Source: an uncultured virus (IMG/VR IMGVR_UViG_3300043781_000019)
Taxonomy: Duplodnaviria; Heunggongvirae; Uroviricota; Caudoviricetes; Herelleviridae
Reading direction: 5' to 3' (one strand)
DNA: 64,000 bases
Virus record (IMG/VR): IMGVR_UViG_3300043781_000019
This document shows, piece after piece, positions 1 through 8,503 of this stretch. Made by a program: the position numbers and the translations under genes. Every line of letters starts with the position of its first letter. Position 1 is the stretch's first letter. Under the pieces are notes generated by a model, which was not told the origin of the DNA, did no database searches, and was given only the letters and a program-made list of their open reading frames with translations.

Positions 1-432
1 TTAAAACAGTATCTTTTTAAAAAGGGCTATGAAAAGGCTGAAAAGCGCTATGGTAGGGATCCAGTCACTTACTTTTTTGATGTGGCTAATGACGAGGTTA
101 GAACGGCTAAACAAAGTAACGGAATAACTGTATCAGAACATAGTATTGATATGATTTTTACACGAATTGGCACTATCATGCTTGCTGTATCAACATCCTA
201 TTTTAATGGCGCTAATGATTGGCTTAAGGACAACAAAGACACTATTCTTAGCGTTTTAAATCCTGCCTTAGATGCCAATGATGAAAAAGCGTTTTTAGGA
301 ATTTTGGATCGTAAAAATAAAGGGTTTGAATACGTAATTATTCCTCAGACAGCTAGCTTGGGTACAATGATTGTATATGATGGGAACAAATATACGCCTA
401 AGCAAGCTGTTAGATATTGGAAAGGAAGGTAA
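1..432 (+). CDS. hypothetical protein (5'-partial)
   Basis: Frame is open from base 1 to the stop at 432; no recognisable motif. Confidence 0.7.
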   Translation, partial: LKQYLFKKGYEKAEKRYGRDPVTYFFDVANDEVRTAKQSNGITVSEHSIDMIFTRIGTIMLAVSTSYFNGANDWLKDNKDTILSVLNPALDANDEKAFLGILDRKNKGFEYVIIPQTASLGTMIVYDGNKYTPKQAVRYWKGR

Positions 433-486
433 TTAACAATAGAAAATCAAAACAGAGACTTTGAGATACCCTATAGTAAGCAAGAT

Positions 487-966
487 ATGAAAGATAACTA
501 TAAAAAATTTAAGTTGCATTTAGGACTAGCTAAAGGCATAAAAGGGAAAAAGCTACGCCGAGAAATTAAAAAGTATAGATGGTATGACTATGCTTACATT
601 AATCGCTATCTTTTGAATTATTCTAGATGTCACTTTAAAAAGGAACATAGGTATCTTAATGAGCGCTTAGATTATCTTGGATTAGTAGTTGAAAATGAAG
701 TTTACTATAGGAATAAAAAGAGCTTACTGCCTCATATTTACAATTTATTTAAACACATGGAAAAATACAACCCAGAATACTTAAAGGGACTTAAATATTT
801 TATCAAGTATCTAGAAGCAAAACATTATTATGAGGGGAATGTTATTGATTCAGAAACTAAAGAAATATGTGATACCATGGAAGAATTTGTGCAAGCACTA
901 GATGCTAATAGTATTGCTAAGGCATCTGCCTTATATGTTAATAACTATGATAAATGGTGGGATTGA
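487..966 (+). CDS. hypothetical basic protein
   Basis: 159-aa ORF, co-oriented with neighbours. Confidence 0.7.
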   Translation: MKDNYKKFKLHLGLAKGIKGKKLRREIKKYRWYDYAYINRYLLNYSRCHFKKEHRYLNERLDYLGLVVENEVYYRNKKSLLPHIYNLFKHMEKYNPEYLKGLKYFIKYLEAKHYYEGNVIDSETKEICDTMEEFVQALDANSIAKASALYVNNYDKWWD

Positions 967-1022
967 GCAAGAACTCTGTTAATTAAAAAAGAGACTAGAT
1001 GCTATAATTTAGGAGGTGCCAA

Positions 1023-2180
1023 TTGAAATTTTTAGACTTATTTGCAGGCATTGGTGGATTTAGGCAAGGAATGGAAAATCAGGGTAATAAGTGTGTTGGT
1101 TACGTTGAAATAGATAAATGGGCACGTCAATCCTATCAAGCAATTTACAACACAGAAGGAGAGTGGACAGCTAATGACATTACAAAAGTCACAAATGAAG
1201 ATTGGCAACAGTTCAAAGGAAAAGTCGAGTGCATCTGTGCAGGGTTTCCGTGCCAGAGCTTTAGCATCGCTGGTAGACGACTTGGGTTTGCCGACAAAAC
1301 TCGCGGAACGCTATTTTTCCAAGTTGCCCGCGCAGCCGAACAAGTCAAACCACGTTATTTGTTCTTGGAAAACGTCAAAGGGTTACTATCACATGACCAA
1401 GGACGGACTTTTGAAGTCATCCTCCAGACATTGGATGAACTCGGGTATGATGCGGAATGGCACGTGCTTAACAGCAAAGAGTTCGTACCACAAAACAGGG
1501 AACGGGTCATCATTATCGGACATCTTAGAGGAGAAAGTACCAGAGAAGTATTTTTTGAGTCAGGAGAAAGTAAACAACTTGTTGAAGAGAATGAAATAGT
1601 AGACTTGCTACCAACTTCAGATAGCAGACATGGACGAAGAGGAACTGTATTATCTCCAAAGGGGATTAGTTCTGCTTTGGCTGCCACCGACTATAAGCTA
1701 CCCAAGCAGATTATACAAGTTGGCAACTATATGGAAGATCATAAATTTAAAAACCCTCAGCCAGGTAGGGTATACTCAAAGGATGGCATATCACCAACAT
1801 TAAATACCATGACTGGTGGCAATCGGCAACCCAATATTGTAGTTGAATCAGAACCTATAAGGGCTGTAAATTCTCCAGAAGTATCTAACAAGACACAAAA
1901 TGGGAGAAGAATAAAAGACGTGGGCGACCCAGAGTTTGCATTGACAGTAAGAGACAGACACGGCATCGTAATAGGAAAGGGTAAATCCCTTAGGATACGT
2001 AAGTTAACACCATTGGAATGTTGGAGATTACAAGGCTTTCCTGATTCTGCTTTTTATAAGGCTAAGGAATCTGGGGTAAGTGATAGCCAACTTTATAAGC
2101 AAGCTGGTAATAGTGTTACAGTACCTGTTATTGAGTTTGTCGCAAGACGGTTGAGTGGCGCTAATGGTCACTTGTGGTAG
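1023..2180 (+). CDS. DNA (cytosine-5)-methyltransferase
   Basis: Motifs LFAGIGG (I), GFPCQSFS (IV), ENVKG (VI), QNRER (VIII), LTPLECWRLQGFPD (IX), YKQAGNSV (X); AGGAGG RBS before a TTG start. Confidence 0.96.
   Translation: MKFLDLFAGIGGFRQGMENQGNKCVGYVEIDKWARQSYQAIYNTEGEWTANDITKVTNEDWQQFKGKVECICAGFPCQSFSIAGRRLGFADKTRGTLFFQVARAAEQVKPRYLFLENVKGLLSHDQGRTFEVILQTLDELGYDAEWHVLNSKEFVPQNRERVIIIGHLRGESTREVFFESGESKQLVEENEIVDLLPTSDSRHGRRGTVLSPKGISSALAATDYKLPKQIIQVGNYMEDHKFKNPQPGRVYSKDGISPTLNTMTGGNRQPNIVVESEPIRAVNSPEVSNKTQNGRRIKDVGDPEFALTVRDRHGIVIGKGKSLRIRKLTPLECWRLQGFPDSAFYKAKESGVSDSQLYKQAGNSVTVPVIEFVARRLSGANGHLW
1174..1599 (+). CDS. nested alternative-frame polypeptide within the MTase gene (M.EcoHK31I beta-like candidate)
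   Basis: 141-codon +1-frame ORF with AAGGAG upstream; C-terminal SLSDILEEKVPEKYFLS resembles the LxDILE..V.EKYxLS segment of C5-MTases. Confidence 0.55.
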   Translation: MTLQKSQMKIGNSSKEKSSASVQGFRARALASLVDDLGLPTKLAERYFSKLPAQPNKSNHVICSWKTSKGYYHMTKDGLLKSSSRHWMNSGMMRNGTCLTAKSSYHKTGNGSSLSDILEEKVPEKYFLSQEKVNNLLKRMK

Positions 2181-2195
2181 AAAGGATTAAAAATA

Positions 2196-2405
2196 ATGTC
2201 ACATAAGTTAACTGATAACGAGCATAATAGTTTAAAATTAAGTGTATTGGAACAAGCAGGGGTGGATAATTGGATTGGTTACAGTGCTGTTGGAGCAGTA
2301 TATGACTACGAGGACTATCTTTATGGGCTGGACGATGACCAGACCCCCTTGTCTTTTTATGAATGGCTGGATAAAAACAACAAGAGTATTGATGATTGGC
2401 TTTAG
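2196..2405 (+). CDS. small acidic phage protein with LExAGVDNWxGY motif
   Basis: 69 aa, D/E-rich, AAAGGA RBS. Confidence 0.75.
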   Translation: MSHKLTDNEHNSLKLSVLEQAGVDNWIGYSAVGAVYDYEDYLYGLDDDQTPLSFYEWLDKNNKSIDDWL

Positions 2406-2408
2406 TGC

Positions 2409-2437
2409 TTGACATATAAATTCTTATGCGCTACTAT
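2409..2437 (+). promoter_or_regulatory. sigma-A-type promoter
   Basis: TTGACA-N17-TACTAT upstream of the gene at 2470. Confidence 0.75.
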
Positions 2438-2469
2438 TAAAGTATAAAGAAAGAAGGTAGCAAAGTGTA

Positions 2470-2931
2470 ATGGGTATATTTAAAGAAGCTAAAGAAGTAT
2501 TTATTCCAGATAGTATGTTGGATACTACTACATGGGTAACTGATAAAGAGTTGGATGATATGCTAGATAATCTCCCTAAAAGTACCTTAGAGAAACTTGC
2601 AAAACGCTATAATGAAGATGCTGTAAAAGAGCAAAAAAGGGCACCTAAACGGAAAACAAAACTTTACCTTGCTGTTCAGCAATGGTCAGATAGTGACGGC
2701 TGGGAGCCAGGTGAGGGAGGTGCTAATATCTTATATGCTACCCTGAGTAAGGATAAGATGGATGCATACGTAGCTGATTTAAACAAGGATTGGCGCAATA
2801 AAGTTGAATGTGATTTAGTGACAATTGACTTGGACACAGACTACATTGACAAGGTACATAAGGGAACTAAGACACAGGTGGCCTCTTGGTTTGATCAAGG
2901 GTTTGTGTCTGATGATCCATTTGACATTTAG
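2470..2931 (+). CDS. hypothetical acidic protein (paralog of 2947..3459)
   Basis: Shares YLA...SDGW..GE.G.NIL..T..K.KMD.Y.A.LN with the next gene. Confidence 0.8.
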   Translation: MGIFKEAKEVFIPDSMLDTTTWVTDKELDDMLDNLPKSTLEKLAKRYNEDAVKEQKRAPKRKTKLYLAVQQWSDSDGWEPGEGGANILYATLSKDKMDAYVADLNKDWRNKVECDLVTIDLDTDYIDKVHKGTKTQVASWFDQGFVSDDPFDI

Positions 2932-2946
2932 AGTAGAGGGGTAACT

Positions 2947-3459
2947 ATGGATACAGAAGTTGAATTGCAATTGCTTAATATGATGCTTGTTGACGACACT
3001 AAATTCACCTTAAGGAACGATGGCGTGTTTGACTTTGAAGGTGCAATTAAGCAAGCAGAAGAATGTGATAAACCCGAACTAGCAGATTTTATGAAAGAAA
3101 GCCATGATAATGTTAGGGAAGTACTCCTATATATGCATAAGGTTGAAACGAAAAGTGACAAGCATGACCCTAGTGAGCAAAGCACAGTTATATACCTAGC
3201 GACCTATTTCTGGGATAGTTCAGATGGTTGGTATGGTGGGGAAACAGGAACTAATATTCTTTTTGTTACACCAGACAAGAAGAAAATGGATGACTATTTA
3301 GCTTCCCTTAATCCTAATGAAATTGATAAAGATAATATTACAGTAACAGTAGTTAAAACTAATGTGGACTATCTTAGCGAGATTGGACCGGAAACAGAAA
3401 CCTTGGTTGATTCTGGGTATGATGAAGTTGAAATTTATGATGAACATGATGATGTTTAA
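2947..3459 (+). CDS. hypothetical acidic protein (paralog of 2470..2931)
   Basis: Same shared motif; very acidic C-terminus. Confidence 0.8.
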   Translation: MDTEVELQLLNMMLVDDTKFTLRNDGVFDFEGAIKQAEECDKPELADFMKESHDNVREVLLYMHKVETKSDKHDPSEQSTVIYLATYFWDSSDGWYGGETGTNILFVTPDKKKMDDYLASLNPNEIDKDNITVTVVKTNVDYLSEIGPETETLVDSGYDEVEIYDEHDDV

Positions 3460-3472
3460 AGTTGGCATGTAC

Positions 3473-3501
3473 TTGACATACAGGAAGTAATGTGCTAATC
3501 T
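3473..3501 (+). promoter_or_regulatory. sigma-A-type promoter
   Basis: TTGACA-N17-TAATCT. Confidence 0.7.
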
Positions 3502-3523
3502 TAGTATGCAATGGGGTTTAAAT

Positions 3524-3991
3524 ATGGCAAAATATAATATGCCAGAGCAAGAGGCAAATAAAGTATTTTCAAGGGTACTAGGCGACATGGACATTGTTGG
3601 TGCTATTGAAACAATTATGGGAGTTAACGAAAGAGAGGAAAATAACGATATGACCGTGGATAAGGACTTACAAGATATTAAGGAACAACTAGCAGAAGTT
3701 AAAGCAGAGATTGCACAAGTGAAAGCCTCTAGTTTATACAATCAGATGCTTGGCCTTTTAGAGAGTGGTCATTATGGCATGTTTATGAATCTCATGCATG
3801 GTGTTACTGAAAAACCAATTAGTTTGGGCCAAGAGTTATTTGATGATCTTATAACGACTATAGGCAATCTGTACAAGTGGCACGAAGAAGAAGCTGTTCC
3901 TAATTGCTTTCCCTTAAATGCACTCAAACATGCTACAAAGAGGTATGCTAAGAGAAACAACCTTAATACAGAAAAGCTTGAGCACCTGTAG
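3524..3991 (+). CDS. hypothetical protein with coiled coil
   Basis: Start moved to the ATG at 3524, downstream of the promoter and a GGGG RBS. Confidence 0.75.
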   Translation: MAKYNMPEQEANKVFSRVLGDMDIVGAIETIMGVNEREENNDMTVDKDLQDIKEQLAEVKAEIAQVKASSLYNQMLGLLESGHYGMFMNLMHGVTEKPISLGQELFDDLITTIGNLYKWHEEEAVPNCFPLNALKHATKRYAKRNNLNTEKLEHL

Positions 3992-4005
3992 GGAGGGAAA
4001 TTAAA

Positions 4006-4662
4006 ATGAAGCCTAGTGAAGTTTACAGTAAATTACAAAAGATTGCAAAAACGAGTGCTGTTGAAAAATATGCTACTAGGAATGGAAGAGATACAGCTAT
4101 GGATATTAAAGATATTTATTTAAGCGCACAAGACTTCTTAGAAGGAAGCTATAAGGGACTATACTCAGAAACGGTGGAACCTAATAATTTGGAGCTATCT
4201 ATTCAAACAGATGACTTTACGATTACTATTTCTTACGATGACAATAAGGATAAATGTTTATCTTATGTTCAACGTTATCGAGATGGGCATGGGTATTATA
4301 TTACCTTAGAAGCAGGTTGGTTAACGGAAAAAGGAATTGAAGAAGTATCTAAGGAACTCATTGTCCGTTTAAAGCGAGCATTATATGGCCAAAATATTGT
4401 AGCACCCGGAAAGCATGTTGATCTAGTGTCACAGTTAGGAGAAGCAAAGGCTAAGATTAAGAATTTAGAGAAACAGTTAGATAGCCTAAGGGTTCATAAT
4501 CAGGATAGTAATGAACAAGATAAAGATGATGAAGTGTTAAATAGGTTAGTTAAGGAAGCATATGAAAAAGTGTTAAAGAGTATAAAAGCCAGCACGAATA
4601 GCTTTAATAGCAAACCTGTTGACATAAAGCTAAAGGTAGAAACGACTTATAGTGACGAATGA
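4006..4662 (+). CDS. hypothetical protein with coiled coil
   Basis: 218-aa ORF with GGGAGGG RBS. Confidence 0.8.
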   Translation: MKPSEVYSKLQKIAKTSAVEKYATRNGRDTAMDIKDIYLSAQDFLEGSYKGLYSETVEPNNLELSIQTDDFTITISYDDNKDKCLSYVQRYRDGHGYYITLEAGWLTEKGIEEVSKELIVRLKRALYGQNIVAPGKHVDLVSQLGEAKAKIKNLEKQLDSLRVHNQDSNEQDKDDEVLNRLVKEAYEKVLKSIKASTNSFNSKPVDIKLKVETTYSDE

Positions 4663-4665
4663 AAT

Positions 4666-4690
4666 AATCCCCTTGTTGGGGATTTTTTAT
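4666..4690 (+). terminator. intrinsic terminator
   Basis: AATCCCC-TTGTT-GGGGATT hairpin followed by a T-run, directly after the stop codon. Confidence 0.8.
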
Positions 4691-4718
4691 TGGCTCCCTT
4701 TTGTGCTACTAATGGATC

Positions 4719-4952
4719 GGGGTGGGGTTCCCTTAGATATTTATTAAGCATGGGGTAGGGTACCTTGTCCAAAATTACGGGGGTGGGGTTAGGGGGTACC
4801 TCTAAGCCTCCTTAATGACGGGGTAGGGTGACACGTTTCAGGGACATATTAATTTGCCCTATAAATTGGCGCCTCACACATACTCTAGCTAGTATATAGC
4901 GGGTAAGGTCGATATTTTTGGCTTCACATGGTCTATATAACACGGGGGCGGG
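4719..4952 (+). repeat. cluster of GGGG(T/TA/C)GGG G-tracts
   Basis: G-runs at 4719, 4752, 4779-4796, 4820 and 4944, all on the plus strand, in non-coding DNA. Confidence 0.8.
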
Positions 4953-5100
4953 TGCTGCCTAACTAGTTTCACTATGGTAGTTACAATGGTATAAGGATCA
5001 ATAAACTACCATAGCTAAGCACTTATTAGGTGGCGTATAAGGATCAATAAAGGACAACAAAAAAGCGACCATATAGGCCGCCGCGTTGCTTGTTACTATG

Positions 5101-5208
5101 CTAGTTGTTTGTGTTGTCATTGTTGCTGTAGTCTTTAATATCGTTATAAGTATCGCTAAACTGATCCAAGTCGTCACTATAGCCCGTGTACTTGCTTAAG
5201 TCGTCCAT
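5101..5208 (-). CDS. 35-aa acidic peptide (below ORF-track cutoff)
   Basis: MDDLSKYTGYSDDLDQFSDTYNDIKDYSNNDNTNN; GGGGGG RBS just after the stop of the upstream gene. Confidence 0.55.
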   Translation of the reverse strand: MDDLSKYTGYSDDLDQFSDTYNDIKDYSNNDNTNN

Positions 5209-5220
5209 GATGATCCCCCC

Positions 5221-5502
5221 TTAATTATTCCAATTGCTATCCAATAAAGCAATCATAACTGTATCTGCTAAGGTGTCAAAATTGCCGTACCACTCAACAA
5301 ACTGAGCATTTTTTACTTGGCGGTATGTTCTAGCAAGCCGTGGTAAGCCCTGAGCTACGTGGCTAGTGATCTTATAACGCGGGTTACCCGTGGCGCTGTT
5401 ATTCAAGTGTTCAATAGTTACAAGGGTTTCGCCGTTCTTACTGATTGTAACCGTGTCATTGTTTTCTGTTGCTTTAAGTCCTTCATAATTAAATGTTTTC
5501 AT
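5221..5502 (-). CDS. hypothetical early protein
   Basis: Own promoter/RBS cassette. Confidence 0.85.
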   Translation of the reverse strand: MKTFNYEGLKATENNDTVTISKNGETLVTIEHLNNSATGNPRYKITSHVAQGLPRLARTYRQVKNAQFVEWYGNFDTLADTVMIALLDSNWNN

Positions 5503-5574
5503 TTTTATAACTTCCCTTCATTTATCTTACTTTATAAGTATAGTGCTATCGCATTACGTTGTCAAACATTTTTT

Positions 5575-5853
5575 CTAAAATTGAGGGGTTAAAAATTTAT
5601 CAATTTGATCAGCGGTTAGACCTACCATGTTCCCCTTATAACTTGTATTATAATCAGTTACAACGGTTTCGCCTTTTTCACCGTATACTTTTGTGTATAG
5701 GGTTACAACGTTGCGCTTGCATGATAGGCTTACAAATCGCTTGCTTGTCTGTAGTACAATAGCGGCGCCATCTTTATACCATGCATCAAGGCTTAAGCCC
5801 GACAAGAATTTAACCTCAGTCTTTACATCATTATAAAAATCTGTTTTTTTCAT
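5575..5853 (-). CDS. hypothetical early protein (paralog of 13676..13963)
   Basis: Own cassette; shared FY, RNV, EKGET, YN and NMV residues. Confidence 0.85.
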   Translation of the reverse strand: MKKTDFYNDVKTEVKFLSGLSLDAWYKDGAAIVLQTSKRFVSLSCKRNVVTLYTKVYGEKGETVVTDYNTSYKGNMVGLTADQIDKFLTPQF

Positions 5854-5934
5854 GTTTGTAACTTCCCTTCATTTATCTTACAAGACCATTATATAATTAT
5901 ACTGTTACGGTGTCAAACATTTTTTCTAAATTTT

Positions 5935-6243
5935 TTAAGCTGTATACACAAGTTTTTCATTCAGCAGGTAAGACTCTTGGCCGTTTTCCTTGGCTAAGAA
6001 TTGCGCGAACTTTTTAGCAGCGGCTTTTTTAGTACCGATTAAAGTAAGCGTGTAACTGTACTCAATAGCGGCATCGCCGTTGTCCATTAAGTAGCTTCCA
6101 GTGTTTTCTACTAAAGAACCGCCACCAAATACCTTAGATACTTTTTTCATAAGGTCAAACCGTTGTTCCTCCGTTAACCGGTTCGCTTTTTGATCCGTGT
6201 TGAATGCTAGTGTAATAACTTGTTTACGATTGAATAATTTCAT
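5935..6243 (-). CDS. hypothetical early protein
   Basis: Own cassette. Confidence 0.85.
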   Translation of the reverse strand: MKLFNRKQVITLAFNTDQKANRLTEEQRFDLMKKVSKVFGGGSLVENTGSYLMDNGDAAIEYSYTLTLIGTKKAAAKKFAQFLAKENGQESYLLNEKLVYTA

Positions 6244-6496
6244 TTTTATAACTTCCCTTCATTTATCTTACAAGACAATTGTATAATTATACTGTCACGT
6301 TGTCAAACATTTTTTCTAAAATTAATTCAAAAAGTTTTTTTGTCACGCATATACAATAGGTAGAAACACGTTGGCAAGTTTTAGAAACCCTTTAGGGCTT
6401 GCTTTTTGCTGCCGATCATGGTAGCTTAATAGGTGCATAGGGGGCTAAATAGCTGCTCACTTACAACAAGCTTATTTATAGTATGCTTATTTATAG

Positions 6497-6637
6497 TAGG
6501 CTTATAAGGTTACAAGGATCCAAAGGGTGGCAGCTAATAGGCTTATAAGGTTACAAGGATCCAAAGGGTAGCAACTAGTGGGATCAATAACGAGCAAGGA
6601 TCGAAAGGGTGGCAGCTAGTGGGATCAATAACGTGCC
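6497..6637. repeat. 41-bp tandem repeat, about 3.4 units
   Basis: Units start at 6497, 6538, 6579 and 6620; core CAAGGATC(C/G)AAAGGGT(G/A)GCA(G/A)CTA. Confidence 0.9.
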
Positions 6638-6658
6638 AACCTACCTAGGCAGATCCAT

Positions 6659-6718
6659 GCTACAGGGACATGCTACAAGGCCTAGACAAGCTACATAGAT
6701 CCTTGCTACAAGGCTACA
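6659..6718. repeat. GCTACA array A (5 copies)
   Basis: GCTACA at 6659, 6672, 6690, 6705, 6713. Confidence 0.85.
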
Positions 6719-6869
6719 TAACTTAAATATGTAATAAAGATACCTCTAGAAAGCCATAATAGGCCGTCTAAGGGCATTTAGTATACATTAGTAAACTTAT
6801 AGGCATCCCCCTAATAAAGCTCTTAGGTTGCCAATTAGATAGCATATAAAAAGGACTAGCTATGATAAG

Positions 6870-7094
6870 TTAGTCCCGCTTTAAGCTTGTGTTAAAAGCA
6901 ATGATTGTGTCTCCTGTTGCTAAGTCTGCAAACACGGTATAAGCAAAAGGTGTGAAACCATTTAAGACGGCTTTATCACCAATCACCAAAGGATCACTAT
7001 CCTTAGTAACTTGTTGTAAGTGTTCAATTAAAGCTTGGCCAGTTAAGTTGCTCTTAACAGCTTGCTTAATCTTGTGTTTTTGTAACCAATGCAT
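6870..7094 (-). CDS. hypothetical early protein
   Basis: ATG at 7094 with AAGGAGG RBS; terminator-like hairpin at about 6847-6876. Confidence 0.75.
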   Translation of the reverse strand: MHWLQKHKIKQAVKSNLTGQALIEHLQQVTKDSDPLVIGDKAVLNGFTPFAYTVFADLATGDTIIAFNTSLKRD

Positions 7095-7164
7095 AGGTTG
7101 CCTCCTTATATAAACCAATGTGAAATTTGAAAGTCATTTTAAAAAGTCCTTTTGAAAAAATGTT

Positions 7165-7223
7165 TATCCTAAACGTTTATCCTATTAAGTTATCCTATTA
7201 AGCTATCCTATTGAGTTATCCTA
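7165..7223. repeat. TATCCT array A (5 copies, 13-bp period)
   Basis: TATCCTA at 7165, 7178, 7191, 7204, 7217. Confidence 0.9.
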
Positions 7224-7404
7224 ACATGTATGGTAACTTAGTTTGGATTAAAGCATAGACTTCTTTAGCTGTGAAACCATAGTCCCTTAAAATAGCCATT
7301 TCAGATCGACTAGGTAAGCTTTTAAAGCTATCAGTAATCACCTTGCACATAGCTACCTCATGGTCACTTCTAAGGGCAGCTACTTCCATACGAGCCTTAA
7401 GCAT
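7216..7404 (-). CDS. hypothetical protein
   Basis: Probably starts at MLKARME, coupled to the upstream stop; start uncertain. Confidence 0.6.
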   Translation of the reverse strand: MLKARMEVAALRSDHEVAMCKVITDSFKSLPSRSEMAILRDYGFTAKEVYALIQTKLPYMLG

Positions 7405-7600
7405 TAAATGTTTTGTTAATGGCTGCAAAGTAAACCCTTCTCTCTTCTGGATCATTAGTAAGTGACTTAATAACCTGAGTAGCTTGTAAGTAGCTTAAGT
7501 CACCTTGTACTTCTTTAAGACCACTAATTAAGGAACTAAAAGCTGACTGGTGTAAGATTAGTAACCGGCGAATAATGGTACTTTTAGATAATGTTGTCAT
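7397..7600 (-). CDS. hypothetical protein
   Basis: Translationally coupled (ATGA overlap). Confidence 0.7.
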   Translation of the reverse strand: MTTLSKSTIIRRLLILHQSAFSSLISGLKEVQGDLSYLQATQVIKSLTNDPEERRVYFAAINKTFNA

Positions 7601-7854
7601 AATTTTGCCCCCATAATAATCTTGTCATAAAGGTCTTCCGTAATAGGTTGTAAGTCCGCTTTAGCTGTTTTATTGTATTGGCCAAAGTGCACATAAGCAG
7701 TACTTCTAATAAGTCGCTTATAAGCCTCCTGATGGACAATAGTAGGTGTGAAGTGTGCATACCAGCCAGCATGATAAAGCTTGCTTAAGTCCTTAGCTGT
7801 GCTTAATGCCACCTGATTAAGGATCTTGTAATAAGTTTCTTTTTGCATCTTCAT
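7597..7854 (-). CDS. hypothetical protein
   Basis: Operon member. Confidence 0.75.
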   Translation of the reverse strand: MKMQKETYYKILNQVALSTAKDLSKLYHAGWYAHFTPTIVHQEAYKRLIRSTAYVHFGQYNKTAKADLQPITEDLYDKIIMGAKL

Positions 7855-7856
7855 AG

Positions 7857-8138
7857 TTAGGCCTTCTTTGTGATCTTTAAGCTTGGCTCACTAGTAGACT
7901 CTGTAACAAAGCGATGGTAGACCTCTTCTGAGTAGCCCTCTAAGCCTGCATAGTTAACGCGCCGGTTTAAGCGCCCCTTAGTGAAGCTTACTTTGGCCAC
8001 TTCATTCTCATACTTCTTATCTGGCAGCTTGTCAACAATTTCAGCAAGCTGTTTCTTGTAATCACTAATGCGATCCTTAATATCTTTTTCAGCTGTTTGC
8101 AAAGCTACAATCTTAGCAACTAATGTATCTGGTGTCAT
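7857..8138 (-). CDS. hypothetical coiled-coil phage protein
   Basis: Own promoter/RBS cassette at about 8140-8196. Confidence 0.8.
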   Translation of the reverse strand: MTPDTLVAKIVALQTAEKDIKDRISDYKKQLAEIVDKLPDKKYENEVAKVSFTKGRLNRRVNYAGLEGYSEEVYHRFVTESTSEPSLKITKKA

Positions 8139-8200
8139 GTTAATCTTCCTTTCTTGATTACAAAGACTATTATAGCAAAGTTTATTACAATGTCAAGTGT

Positions 8201-8503
8201 TTATTGAAGTTCATTTAAAATCTTGTAGCAAGCCTTAGCAAAGTTACTTTCAAAGTCCTCTTGATCCTCTGGCATACCATACATTAGTAAGTTGCCAAAC
8301 TCACCATACAGGAAAACAACTGGTTGCTTAACTACCAGAATAGCATGGTTCCAAGAGTCTTGCTCATCTACATAGTTAATTGTAAGAGTGTTTTCATTAC
8401 TCTTAAAAAGACGGCAGCTAGTGTGGTCAAAGGCTTCTTTTAAGAAGCCCATTAAGCGGTCAAGATTAATCTCTTTTGTATCCTTATTAATTTCTTTAAT
8501 CAT
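8201..8503 (-). CDS. hypothetical early protein
   Basis: Own cassette. Confidence 0.8.
   Translation of the reverse strand: MIKEINKDTKEINLDRLMGFLKEAFDHTSCRLFKSNENTLTINYVDEQDSWNHAILVVKQPVVFLYGEFGNLLMYGMPEDQEDFESNFAKACYKILNELQ

Larger units (their letters stand above)
5500..6320 (-). repeat. three related ~80-bp promoter+RBS cassettes (5500-5580, 5851-5930, 6241-6320)
   Basis: TTTAGAAAAAATGTTTGACA..N17..-10..TAAGATAAATGAAGGGAAGTTA..ATG repeated three times. Confidence 0.9.

Noticed and set aside
1200..1525. GC-rich patch in the MTase as a recent horizontal swap
   Set aside because: It coincides with the nested ORF, so dual-coding constraint explains it equally well; not reported separately.
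6497..6720. Mini-CRISPR array
   Set aside because: Intervening sequences are only about 17 bp and are themselves duplicated; no unique spacers, no recognisable CRISPR repeat, no cas genes.
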